Part shown: one piece after another, positions 23,601 through 35,300 of the stretch
Position numbering within the stretch: the stretch's first letter is position 1
Layout of the letters: every line of letters begins with the position of its first letter
Assembly: GCA_000708835.1 (NCBI GenBank)
Contig: DF236989.1
Location: 186,001-250,000 of the forward strand
From: Klebsormidium nitens
Lineage: Eukaryota; Plantae; Klebsormidiophyceae
Length of the DNA: 64,000 nucleotides
Direction: 5' to 3'
Notes under the pieces: generated by a model
Told to the model about the DNA's origin: nothing
The model's input: the letters and a program-made list of their open reading frames with translations, nothing else
The model's database searches: none
Translations under genes and position numbers: made by a program

Positions 23601-26600
23601 CGTCGAGAAAGCGACCGAGCTGAAGGACGCCGCTGTCGAGACGGTTCACGATCTGGAGAAGCGCGCATCGGACACAGTTCACAATCTGGAAAAGCGCGCC
23701 TCGGACACAGTTCACAATGTAGAGAAGCGCGCGTCGGACGCGGTTCACTTGGTTTATGACAAGACGAGCGAGACGCTCGGCGGAGCGAAGGAGTCAGCGG
23801 TGAGGGCGAAAGAGACGGCGGAGGGAAAGGCCTTGCAGGCGAAGGAGGCAGTCGTTGACAAGGCTGAGGGAGTTAAGGAGGGAGCGAAGCAGGCGGCGGA
23901 CACGGCCTCCGAAACGGTGCAGGGGGCGAAGGAGAGTGCGAAGGAGACTGTTGGGAAAGCACAGGAGAGCGTCAAGGAGACGGCTGAGAAGGCGAAGGCG
24001 ACCGCGAAAGAAACGGCGGATAAGGCTTCCGAGAGGGTGCAGGGGGCCAAGGAGAGCGTGAAGGNNNNNNNNNNNNNNNNNNNNNNNNNNNNNNNNNNNN
24101 NNNNNNNNNNNNNNNNNNNNNNNNNNNNNNNNNNNNNNNNNNNNNNNNNNNNNNNNNNNNNNNNNNNNNNNNNNNNNNNNNNNNNNNNNNNNNNNNNNNN
24201 NNNNNNNNNNNNNNNNNNNNNNNNNNNNNNNNNNNNNNNNNNNNNNNNNNNNNNNNNNNNNNNNNNNNNNNNNNNNNNNNNNNNNNNNNNNNNNNNNNNN
24301 NNNNNNNNNNNNNNNNNNNNNNNNNNNNNNNNNNNNNNNNNNNNNNNNNNNNNNNNNNNNNNNNNNNNNNNNNNNNNNNNNNNNNNNNNNNNNNNNNNNN
24401 NNNNNNNNNNNNNNNNNNNNNNNNNNNNNNNNNNNNNNNNNNNNNNNNNNNNNNNNNNNNNNNNNNNNNNNNNNNNNNNNNNNNNNNNNNNNNNNNNNNN
24501 NNNNNNNNNNNNNNNNNNNNNNNNNNNNNNNNNNNNNNNNNNNNNNNNNNNNNNNNNNNNNNNNNNNNNNNNNNNNNGGATAAGGCTTCCGAGAAGGTGC
24601 AGGGGGCCAAGGAGAGCGTGAAGGAAAGCGCGAAGGGCGCGGCTGACAAGGCCTCCGAGAAGGTTCAGGGTGCGAAAGAGAGCGCTAAGGAGACGGCTGA
24701 GAAGGTCAAGCAGACCGCGAAAGAGACGGCGGACAAGGCGTCTGAGAAAGTGCAGGGTGCGAAGGAGAGCGTGAAGGAAAGCGCGAAGGGAGCGGCTGAC
24801 AAGGCGTCCGAGAAGACGGAAGAAGCGAAGCAAGTGGTGAAGGATACGGCAAACAAAGTGGCGGAGAAAGCGCAGGGGGCCAAGGAGAGCGCCAAGGCGA
24901 CTGCACAGGAGACAGCGGATAAGGCGTCGGAGAAAGCGCAGGGGGTGAAGGAAAGCGCGAAAGAGACTGTTGACAAGGCTGCAGAGAAGGCGCAAGGTGC
25001 CAAGGAAAGCGTCAAGGACACCACGAAGCAGGCGGCTGGGAAAGCGCAAGAGACGAAGGAGAGTGTCAAGGCCGGCGCAAAGGAAACGGCTGACAAGGTC
25101 TCTGGGAAAGCGCAGGAAGCGAAGGAGAGCGTCAAGGCCGGAGCGAAGGAAACGGCCGACAAGGTTTCTGGCAAGGCCCAGGAAACAAAGGAGAGCGTGA
25201 AGGAGACGGCCGACAAGGCGTCGGCGAAAGCTCAGGAGCATAAGGAGTCGGTGCAGGAAGCGACGGGCAAGCCTGGGGAGGGCGCAAAGGGTTCGCAGGC
25301 GGTTGCCCGTACGAGCGCCAAGGCGGCGCAGGATTGGATCGTGGACCGAACTGAGGATGCCAAAGAAGTGGTGATCAGTGGTAAGGAAGCCGTGATGGGG
25401 AGTGGACGGACGGCGAGCGATTGGGTGAATGCGGCGGCAGTGACCGTCGCGGGGGCGGCGGAGAGTGCCAAGGAGAGCGTCAAGGGCGCGGTCGGCGCGG
25501 GGAAGGAGAAGGCGGAGGAGGTTAAGGATGGGGTTAAGGAGAAGGCGGAAGGGGCGAAGGAAGCGGTTAAGGAGACGGCGGAAGATGTGAAAGAGACGGT
25601 TGAGGACAAGGCGGATGAAGCAAAGGAGGCTGTGGGCGCGTCGGAGGGAGAGGGAGGATCGGACGGCGGAGATGAGGCGGCGGGAGAGGCGGACGGTGGA
25701 GATGACGCGCCAGAGGAGGAGGAGGAGCCCGAGAAGAAGATTACAGTGAGTCTCGGGCTTCTGTATCAATCCTAACTTGCGGCGTTGTGCCTCTCTGGGG
25801 TTTGGGATGCTGTCTTCTTGACCCGGCTTGTTTCGAGAAGCAGTAGTCTTTGCAACCGACCCCTTAAAAAGTGCGTTTGCTAGACGCAAAACCTGCTTAG
25901 TACTCCGATCGGTCTCCATCTGCGCTACATCTGAAAGGGGCTGAAAAGTCTTGATGACTTAGTCTACTTTCTGTCGCTCGTGAATAAAACAGTCTCTTCT
26001 CTTTCTCCAACGTGAAAACGCTGTTGAAAAGGCTAAGCAGGGTACTGTTGTAGGAACCGATGTAAGAAGACGCGTGTGAAGGCTACGCAATTACCATGAT
26101 GCTCTCAGTCAATCACATCGGTAATGTCCAGAAGTGACAGCTGCTCTTTCTGGTGCACTTAAAAGACCGACGGTACAAGCGTTGATTATGTTCGCCCCGT
26201 CGAAAGTTGCTCCTTATCATGTCAAGGGCTCGCCTCTGCTCGTGTTCAAATTTCGATTGTTCTTTCTGCAGATCGAGGACATAAAGACTGCTCCCATGGA
26301 CTACCGCTTCCCAACCACCAATCAGGTGCGCATCGTACTTTTCAGCCCTCATCGTGAAAGTTCTTCACGTCCGCACTTGCCGCATTTCCAGCCTAGAAAG
26401 CCGATTTGCCGAACACAAGACATGAAGAGAGATTGTATTGTTGGTGGCAGAACAGAGGAGAATCTGGTGAAAGGCACACTTCTTCGGCCTCTCTGGCAAG
26501 GCTATCAGTATTGTCGGAGATCACACGCTTCGAGTTTTGCACAGGCTTTCAACTATTGCTTCAAGAAAGTCTGGGCCAGGTTTCGCCGGCCAACACATGC

Positions 26601-27795
26601 ATTGGATTCTCTGCCAGCAAAGCAGTGGCGCACGCAGAGTCACGGGTGTCCATTATCAATGCGGCTGAGACCCTCAAACCTTCCAGGCTCGGACCCCCCC
26701 GTAGCCTTCGCAATTGTTTCTCAAACACGTGTATTTTTCTGTGTCCAGGCCAAGCACTGCTACACCCGGTATAACGAGTTCCACAAGTAAGTGAACGGTC
26801 AAATGTCTCTTCGGTTCCGAGATTGAAAAACCCTTCATAATCAAGCTTCTGATGCGACTCTTGCGACTTTCGAATGGTGAAGAATGTGTCAAACCTTCAC
26901 GACGGGTTCTTCAGTTTCGAAAGTCGATGGTCGTTTGTGGTCATCATATTTCAATCTTTCATGAAAGTGAGCGGACGTAAGTCATTGGTTACGATATTGT
27001 GAGGGGTTGACATCCGCGTTATCAATCTCAAAATCGAGTGCAACGCACGTGAGTCAGTACCTTTCCGTGGAAGGCAGGCGAAATGCTCGTTCAAAGTTTT
27101 TTTGAAACAAAAACTCACGAGCGCATGTGCGGTGACAGGTGTGCGGCCCAGAAGGGCGAGGACGACCCGGAGTGCAAGCAGTACCAACGCTGGTACCGCT
27201 CACTGTGCCCAGGAGAATGGGTAAGTTCGTCTACTTCCGCTCGTCCACTCCCGTTCGATCCATACTGTGAGTGTGGAAACTTTTGCGTGAGCCTTTCAGC
27301 TTACTGCCACGTAATCCTTCTGGGATTCCCCTAGCAACATGCGCGCGTTTCTCATGACCCTTTCTGTTCCGAGTGTTTCGACGATCGTTTCCGATGCTCC
27401 CTCTCTTCTTTTTTGAAACCCTATTGCTAGGACACTGATCAAACGATAGAACGTCTGTGGCATACTCGAATGACTTTGGCCCCGGTTCTGACAACCTGCC
27501 TGATCACAAGGTTGGACTTCTGATCAGGAAAGTATGGACTGGTATTTGGCGGCTGTGTGAGCTCAATAGAGAATGGTCATTATAGAATCCGAGGTGTCGG
27601 GCCTTTAACAAGTAAAGTTGGGCTTCAATTATGCAGAATATCTGGAAGAAGCTTTGAATTGCAACTTTTGACTTCTCAAGGACTTTGAAGTGTGCGCTTA
27701 CATTCAAATAATGAAACATCTGCATTGTGTTCTCTGACCAGGTCGAAAAGTGGAACGAGCAGAGGGAGGAAGGCACGTGGGCGGGTCGGTACTGA
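20431..27795 (+). CDS. COX6B: Putative chimeric mitochondrial protein: presequence + TM anchor, GCK (twin CX9C) domain, LEA-like repeats, COX6B (about 1000 aa, gap-dependent)
   Basis: Exons 20431-20683 (phase 1), 22557-22879 (1/0), 23503-25745 (0/0, contains N-gap), 26272-26325, 26749-26786, 27139-27220, 27742-27795 (TGA). All junctions are GT-AG and phase-compatible. The LEA exon has no in-frame ATG of its own before the gap. The COX6B identity is secure; the single-transcript model is inference. Confidence 0.62.
22200..22556 (+). repeat. Three degenerate ~110-125 bp units, each ending in the acceptor-like AAAGCTGCTC.TGT..TT..GTCACA(G/C)
   Basis: Units end near 22322, 22449 and 22556; the last is the used acceptor of the GCK exon. 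Confidence 0.8.
22557..22879 (+). CDS. GCK-domain (Mia40/CHCH-like twin CX9C) exon
   Basis: CPFCAFMKAGPCGQAFRDWEKC...KCTGPTRALKECMEANPEYY: CxxC, GxC, and two CX9C motifs; acceptor TCACAG at 22556, donor GAG|GTGAGT at 22879/80. Confidence 0.85.
23503..25745 (+). CDS. Group-3 LEA-like Ala/Lys/Glu repeat exon ending in an acidic linker
   Basis: Repeats such as QGAKESVKESAKGAADKASEKV (22 aa), QGVKESAKETVDKAAEKA (18 aa) and TVHDLEKRASD x3 (11 aa); acidic tail EEEEEPEKKIT; acceptor TTTCCCAG at 23502, donor ACA|GTGAGT at 25745/6. Confidence 0.85.
24065..24577. other. Assembly gap (N run) inside the LEA repeat exon
   Basis: Run of N between near-identical repeats; the flanking reading frames differ by the estimated gap length, so the size is approximate. 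Confidence 1.
26272..27795 (+). CDS. COX6B: Cytochrome c oxidase subunit 6B domain (4 exons)
   Basis: IEDIKTAPMDYRFPTTNQ|AKHCYTRYNEFHK|CAAQKGEDDPECKQYQRWYRSLCPGEW|VEKWNEQREEGTWAGRY*; CX9C plus CX10C pattern and conserved plant COX6B intron layout. Confidence 0.96.
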
Positions 27796-28429
27796 GCGGG
27801 TCCGTACGCATTCAGTATACTGCAGAGAACCGCTGTCCCATGGAGAGTGATGTGGTCAGCATCACGTGCGGGACTAAGAGGTCATCTATACCTTTTTGAA
27901 ACGTCGACTTTTGTCAAACTTTGAAAGCGCTAGCAAGCATAGGCATCACGCATAAAAGACCTCATCGCCTACAGCAATATGTCCTTCACACACCGTCAGA
28001 TAAACCTGGTCTTCACGACTCAAACCCCCGTCCGTGTTACTCTGTCTTGATTTACCATGTCACGGCCAGCGTCACCAAACCCCTAAATCAGTGTTGATTG
28101 AGGACCCGATGCAAGCCTAGCCGCCCCGTTTCACAGTCCAAAATTCTTCTGGTTTCGAAGGCACTTACACGTCTAAATGGCCGGCCCATGTTTCATGAGC
28201 ACGCGCTGAGTTGATACAAACGATGATCATCCATGGCGGGTCCGATCACAAACGTGCAACACTTGCCAATCTGGATCGAGCTCTCGACGAAATGGTTTCC
28301 AACCGGAATGCTTCCAACAGCTCCCGACAAAGGCATCACAAACCTGAATAATCAAGGTGATACAGCGGCCATGGCGGCTGCCGGGCTCGAAGTTGTCGAA
28401 TTGATGCACTGGCCGCGGCTGAGAATTGA

Positions 28430-28920
28430 CCCATTGCATGCATGCATGCTTTGAATCGGAATGCATGGACTCGCCAGTCTAATATGACCGTCCACAGCGC
28501 AACTTTAATTCATCCGCGACTTGCTTGCACCGTGCCAGAAACAGATGCCAAGTGACTGCTGCTATGTGCATATATCAGATCGACCCCGATCGATTGCGTT
28601 CCGCGATGCATTGTCATCCTACTCAGTTCGAATGATTGACAGCCTGAGCCGCCGCATCAGGAGATAGCCTTGCACCATATCCTGGTCGAAACATTGGCTT
28701 CAGAACTTGCAAATAAGAGTGAGTCCGTGACCCTTGCCAGGGGCGGCGCATACCGTACCTAGCACTTCAACCGCGCCGCCGCGCGGCCGCGCCTTTCTCT
28801 ATCCCGGCCGCCCGCGACCCCGGCGCGAGTGCGTGCCACGTCATCAGCACCGCTCGCCATGCATATTTTGGCTGCGCCCAGTCGATCACGCGTGCATGCT
28901 GCATGCAAGTACGAGATGTA
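28430..28920. promoter_or_regulatory. Cluster of RY (CATGCA) repeats with CCACGTCA and ACGCGTG elements upstream of the 29564 gene
   Basis: TGCATGCATGCATGC near 28436, GCCACGTCATC near 28834, CCATGCAT near 28857, CACGCGTGCATGCTGCATGCAA near 28887. Motifs are seen; function is inferred. Confidence 0.3.
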
Positions 28921-29563
28921 CGCCGAGGTCTCGCATGACGTCGATCAAGCCCCGGGGAGCGATACCGTATGCAGACGGCCGATGACGGACTGCTACAGAA
29001 GATCAGTGGCTTCTTCTGCAGCCTCAGGCGCTCGCCAAGTTACAGTTCACCTATACCCAGCGAAACCAGCTGTGTAAGCACGCCAGACATCTGCAGGGTG
29101 TTGTCGACCAGCTCTTGACAGAATCTGGAGCGCCCCGTTTTATACGTGCGCATGCACAGTCAGAGGGCTTCCTGGTGCTAGTTTCCTATGAGCGACTTCG
29201 AGCTGGATTGGCGAGTCTGAAACAGTTCCTAGCTAGCGCCGGTGCATCGAGCAACGAGGGAGCTGCCGCTTTGCGGGGATCTTAGTCTGTCACCAGAAAG
29301 AGCTGCGTAACGACGTTTTATCAGATTGTCTCTCAGGCTGTGCTTCGCTCTCTGCACTCGTCGCTCTTGCTTTCGTAATCCGTTTCAGGAGCTAGCTCTT
29401 AAAGCTGAAGAAGGGGAAGGTCGAAAGGGGGCTCTCTCGAAGGAAGACTGTTTGGTGAAACGTTGGAAGCGACACCAACTTCACCCACTTCTTGAACAAA
29501 CCTTTGTGAAACTAAGCTAGTTTCCCGATTCCTGCTGCACACCCGACGCCGAGTGACGTCATC

Positions 29564-30023
29564 ATGCATTCTGCACGCAGCCTCTGGGAGGCGACCAGGC
29601 GCCAGCCCCTTGTGCCAGTTTTCGTGGGGTCTATCGCGGTCCTGGTCGCCGCGTTTACTCTCCCCCCCAGATTGACCGGGGGAGAAGCACCGGGACCGTA
29701 CGCCCCTTCCCCCGACAAGGCCGTCCGCACTGGGGGGATCATCGGCAACCGCCCGGTGAAAAGCACCGGGTCGGCATCAGGGACGGAGCCGGAGACCGGG
29801 CCTGAGATTGGAGATACGAAGAAGGATGCTCGGGGCAAGGTAAGTTTTTGCACATAGCCCAGATTTTACTTTGATTTTGAGGACCTTTGTTTCTGAAGTT
29901 TTTGGGTTTACTAGGATTTCAGCTCAGTTCTGACGTTGACGTTTCATGATCTGGGGTCTCGATTATTAGTCCACCAATTCTCTGCAGTGTACACTTACTC
30001 GTGAACAGCGGGTTGGTGTCTAG
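29564..30023 (+). CDS. Small single-pass membrane protein of unknown function (about 96-103 aa)
   Basis: Exon 29564-29839 (MHSARSLWEATRRQPLVPVFVGSIAVLVAAFTLPP...DARGK), strong donor AAG|GTAAGT; two in-frame acceptors (29987, 30008) both reach TAG at 30021-30023. Confidence 0.55.
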
Positions 30024-32342
30024 TGAAGAATTGGGGCGACCGAGGTCGGTCTTCAAAGAAGAAGATAAGAGGCGGAGACTTTGAAGGTTACGGGGTTTCA
30101 AGACAGCGCTGGGGTGGATCTCTGAGACGCCCTCTGCGGTTCGTTGTTGGAGGCCAAACGTTTTGCACGAGCCATGCGCCGACGGTTCGTCTGGTTTGGA
30201 TCAATTGATTTGCGGGGGGTGATTCAAATCGATCAGAGAGACGCAGCGCGGTTAGGATGGACTGGTGTTCGACAGCTTGCAGTGTTGATTATCTGAAACC
30301 AGGCCAGACGAGCAAGGTTTGGAATTGGGTAGAAGATGCGAAGGTGTGTAGATCATCATATCTCTGTTGAGAATGATTCTGGAACAAACGGAGATGCTAG
30401 CTTCATAACGAGCGAGTTCGGGCTTACTTTCCTAATTTCTAAGAACGGAGTGGAACAAAGAGTTGTAGCCGAAACTCTATTGGAAGTGCACTGGTTTGTG
30501 AGTTCGGCCCGATCCAAAAGCTGTTTTTCTGTCGAAGTGCGCTGCTGCTTTCAACGAGATTCGTGGGAAGTTCCACTGGTACCTTGCCAAACCGGGCACG
30601 TATCTGCTACGAGATTAGGGTCGGTTCTTATTTTCTGTGAAATCTGTGACAGCGGTCGAGTCTTCGACCAACAGGACGCCTTTTGAATTGCTTGTGGGTT
30701 GCTTGTCCTTCCTGTGATCGTCGACTGTCGTGGATGTACTCAACGGTTTGGCGGAGCATCTAGGCTCACAGATAGATTCACACACTTGAGATTTCTCTTG
30801 TCGAAAGGTTCCCAAATTCGTCACTTTCTCAAAGCACGGCCCCCATTTTCGCAGGGTTCTACGTAAGCCGTTTCTTTGCCCGAGAGGTTGTTGACTGGTG
30901 ACGGTGTCGAACCAAACGCACTTGCAACCTTGCTGACAGGTGTGATGGAGGGAACGCGTGCAAGGTGATCAGGAGGGGTCGCCGGACTACAGTGGAGCTT
31001 TTCTATACTTGAGCATGTATTGATTACCACAAGTTTGGAAAAGACGGCTCGCCAGCCCTTAAGTTGCAGGCATCGCGGTAGCTTGGTCTTTAGGCACTGC
31101 ATCTCAAATATTGATCAAGAGGAGAAGTCTAAGCAGCGCTCTGCAACGGGTTCCAGGTGGTGATGCATAGCTAAACAGAGCCGTACGTGAGCATAGACAA
31201 ACGGGTTTGAACGGGGCCCCACGTGAGCATTGCACAGGCCGCCAGTTGGTAGTTCAATCAGCGCGGCAATGCACCTGCACTCGTTCAAAGTGAATTTGGC
31301 GGGTGAGGCTATATAAGTCAAAGCCTTGCTGCATGAAAATTTTACTCTTTTCAAGTTTTGACCGGCAAACGTACATAGACCTGAAGCAGAAACTGTACTG
31401 AGCGTAAGAACTTGGTGTAGAGAGGCATGCATGTTGCCAGTTCAACCGCGCACGTACCAGCATGAGCTTACTCATGCATTTCGTGATCATATGGATCATA
31501 GATGAAGTACCGTCTGGGCAGGACATGCAATCTTGCGGTCCGTTGTCGAAGCCCTGATCATGCAATTGTTAAACGTCTGACGTCGGTGGCAGTCATGCCA
31601 GCATCCGCGCCTCAGGGCCGTTTAATCGATCCCTTTTACAGTATCCGATCGGGCTATGCCAGCACGGTAACCAGCCATATCGGCTTTGTCAGCTTAACTG
31701 AATGTCGTTTGGATCCAACTCGACTAATCTATCAGATGTGTACGTGACCCACTTTCGCTACTTGGTTCGAGCTTAAAGCTTATCTTTGAATTCCTGATAC
31801 TGTTTGGTTTTTACTAGTTTGCTAGCTGTCGCTGAGTCGTCCAGAAACACGTATCAGCACAAAGACCCTATGGCCAACTTGCCTAGACACACCCATTTCT
31901 GAAGTGCATTTCTCTCAAATCTGCTTTGGCACTTCCTCTTGACTAATAACATGCTACGATTATTCTACTTTCGCCGTTCCGGATCGAAGCTTACCAATCA
32001 GACTTTTACAACATCGATCTGAGTCACACAGTACATCCATAATACAGACACGTCACGCCACCTTTGCATTAACCTGCTATGTTATACGCAATCTAAACGT
32101 CCCGGGCTCATTTAGCCTACTTACCAGACCTCGAGAGCGCTAAATGACATCATTTCGGCCCGCCAGACTTCGCAGGCAGTCGGCAGCGCCAGAGTCTTTG
32201 GGTCAGCCCAAGCTTTCTTTATCCACCGAACGCCTCGTCTTTGGTATGATCACACAAATAAAATCATAAAAATGCTATCAGAAATTCAACCATCGGACAA
32301 CGCCCACCACTGCGCGGCCACCGCCTTTTCAATCTCAGATGT

Positions 32343-35300
32343 CTATGTAATGTCCGACGTCATCTGTTTCTCGACCTTCGAGCGCAGCGCGGCCGCGGTC
32401 GAGCTCTGGGCCGTCGGATGCCCCCGGAGGACGCTTGACGGACTCTCCCCGCCGTCCGATTCCGCCGGACCAATCATCCGCGACAGCGCGCGCGCACTCG
32501 CCAAGAGACCGGCCATCCTTTCCTCCAAGCCAGCAACGACCGCTTCCAGCTGTGCCGCGCGCCGCTCTTTCTCTACGATTCTGGTCTCCAGCGTTCCGCC
32601 GGGCGGAACGTCCGTCGGCGCTGCTTCCGGAGATCCTGCGATCGGGAGAAATGGGTTCAGATTGCTGCACAGATAAGGAAGGGTGTTCTTTGTTCCTGTG
32701 CCCTTGGACCGGGCCCTGCTTTTGAAATCCAATGCTGGCTTATTTCAAACGGGCAACATCTTTGACGAATTGAAAGCTTTATGTTCATTTATTTGGGTCA
32801 ACCTCTTCATTCAGGCAAATCGCTTGAGATGATAGCTTCTCGTGTGTCGTTCCTACAGCACGGTTCATAAAATACCCTTTTGCACGGGAAGAGCTCGACG
32901 AAAAACGAACCCAAAAGTATGACAGAAAACAAAAAAGTGACTTTCGTTTTAAAAACAAGATTGCAATGTTGCACAATTACGAAAATCTCGGCAGTTTCAT
33001 CGCTTGCTCGGGAGTAACCAATAGAGACTTCGGATGTCAAACGTACACGAGTTCTGGACAAATCTGCTTGGTGTTTGTGATTTCGAGCTCAGCCAGCGAC
33101 GTCAATATAGGCTGCAATTTACTATCGTGGATGCCATTCCTGCTCAGAACGTGCCAAACAGGCGTTGTGTTGTTGACACCATACCACTATTTCTCCTATG
33201 AGATTCCTGTTTGTAAGTACTCGAGCCTTACGTGCTCTTGTTTGAACAGTAGAGCTTGAAAAGTAGGCGGTGTAAGCAACTCGACCTCACACACTCAACC
33301 CTCATCTGCAACCTCGACCAGCTTTTGGTGCGGGCCGGAATCCCAGTCGAAGTCAACAATCTTAGATACTCGGCGCAGTCACTAGGGCCTTTCGACTGCG
33401 CCCCTTCTGGTTTTGTCGCAGAGAGAAGTCGAACCGACAGCTGTTTACCTGGCACAAAGCCGATTACCCGGGGCCCCGCCTTTTTCACCCGCGGCCTGTT
33501 GCGACCGGTTGCGTCCCCTACCCCGTGCGTCTTTATTGCAGCATCTGAGTACCCCCGGCGGTTCGCAGCGTACGAACCGCGCCAAGAAGTGGCTGACGGT
33601 GGAAACGTGGGAACGGGAATCGATTTAGGTTCTGGGTTGCTCAGAGGTTGGCGATAGGAAAATAGGGAAATGAAAAGTAGAGTCCACTCAGGTTCTGGGT
33701 TGCTCCGAGATCGGCTCTGGCTTGTTCGCAGAATCTCCAAGCTTGTGCCGTGTTTGCCAAAGACTATTTCGTCGCAATCCTTCCGACAGGCATCACTGAC
33801 CTTTGAGCCAAACGAGATACCCGACAACAGCAGAGACGAGATTAAAAAGCGCGCGAAAAAACGCAGCACGGCAAGCGTGTGGGTACAGCGGTGTCGATGA
33901 ATTGATAGAGAGAACTTGAGGGCTTCCAAATGAGCGTGCGGAGAAACATAGCATTTGTACTAAGAGAGGAAAGGCCTTCAATGAAGTGTCCGACTGACAC
34001 CTTTGGCAAGACCGTACACGTTAACGAGAGGTTTTTAGGAGCCGCAAAAGGAAGGCGTTCCAACCACCGCAATGCGAATCCTTTCCGTTACAACGGCTGA
34101 CCTACAGCAGAAGAGTCTCAACAGATTCCCTGAGAACCTGAAAGCACTCAGCGGAAGGGTAAGCTCAAATCAAAATGCTCTGAACTCCCGCAATCGAGGG
34201 TCCTTGGTGGAGCAACTCCGATAAAGCAGAATTAAGCAGGCAGCTTGCCTGATTCTGCTGTTGCCATTGCTCCGTTTGGTTTCTTTGCATGAGCCTCCCG
34301 TTTGCCAGTCGCCCCGTACGGCGCGGCCGGATTGTCCGCAGCGTCCGAAACCTCAATGGCGTCCTCAGAAGCTTCTCCGTCCGCATAGTCGAATTCTCTC
34401 GTGACCTCAGCACCCTCACCGCTGTCTGAAGCGTCCCCAAGACTCCTCTCACCGTCCACGCTCTTCTCGTCCGTTCCGTCGGAGCTGCCGTCCGTTCCGT
34501 CAGACTCGGAGCTGCCCTCCGTACTGTCCGAGTCAGCGTCCGTAAAGTTCAAAATGCCGTCCGAACCGTCCGACTCCGCGGCCGCACCGTCCGAGCTCCC
34601 GTCCGCACCGTTCGCCACAGGGTCCGATGCAGCGTCCGCAACGTCCGAAGGGTCAGCCGCGACCATTTCCGCTGTTCCGCCTGCTCTTCTCACCAGCAGA
34701 ACATACCTGATGACAGGGACCGCCGAATCGGACATTAAGGTACCGTCCGATCCTGGCAGCGCCGTCCGAACGCCGGCCTTCACACCCTGCTGCGGCCCTG
34801 CGGTCGACAGGGTGTGAACAGGATTCCTCGGGGAGGGGCCAAGCGACGGACGGCTTGGCCGCGACGCCTGCGCGGCCCTATTCACATCGCCCGCAGTTAC
34901 GCCTCTGGGCGCAAGTACACTCTCCGGGCGGAGTGCTTGCTCCTGCCGTTCAGCCGGGAAGGTTCCGCGGGCCTCCGTTTCCGCTTCCGCGCCACCCACG
35001 GAGGGTTCCGCCTTGACTTGCGGAGACGGGCCGGGACTTCGGGAGATGGGGAACGGTTCGCTTCTTTCCTCCCCACCGGTGTTTCTTGACCCCGGAAGAG
35101 TATTCGTCCCCGTCTCAGTCGACTCGGTCCAGAATGACGGACAGCTGAGATGGGGCCGATCGTGCAGGGACTGCGCCCGGGCCGTCTCGACTGGCAACTC
35201 CGCTCCGACCCTCTTCCGCTCGTCGCGGTCCAACAGGGCCCCGGAAATGGAACTTGGGGGCAACGAGAGCGGCGCGCTTTGCTCCTGCTCTCCCGCGGTG

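Noticed and set aside
23754-25919. 721-aa minus-strand ORF (Leu/Arg-rich)
   Set aside because: Antisense shadow of the LEA repeat exon; the repetitive GC-rich sense codons lack antisense stops, and it crosses the N-gap.
30300-32200. Several 60-120 aa ORFs and CATG-rich palindromic DNA
   Set aside because: No coding-like composition, splice chain or transposase/RT motifs; treated as intergenic.
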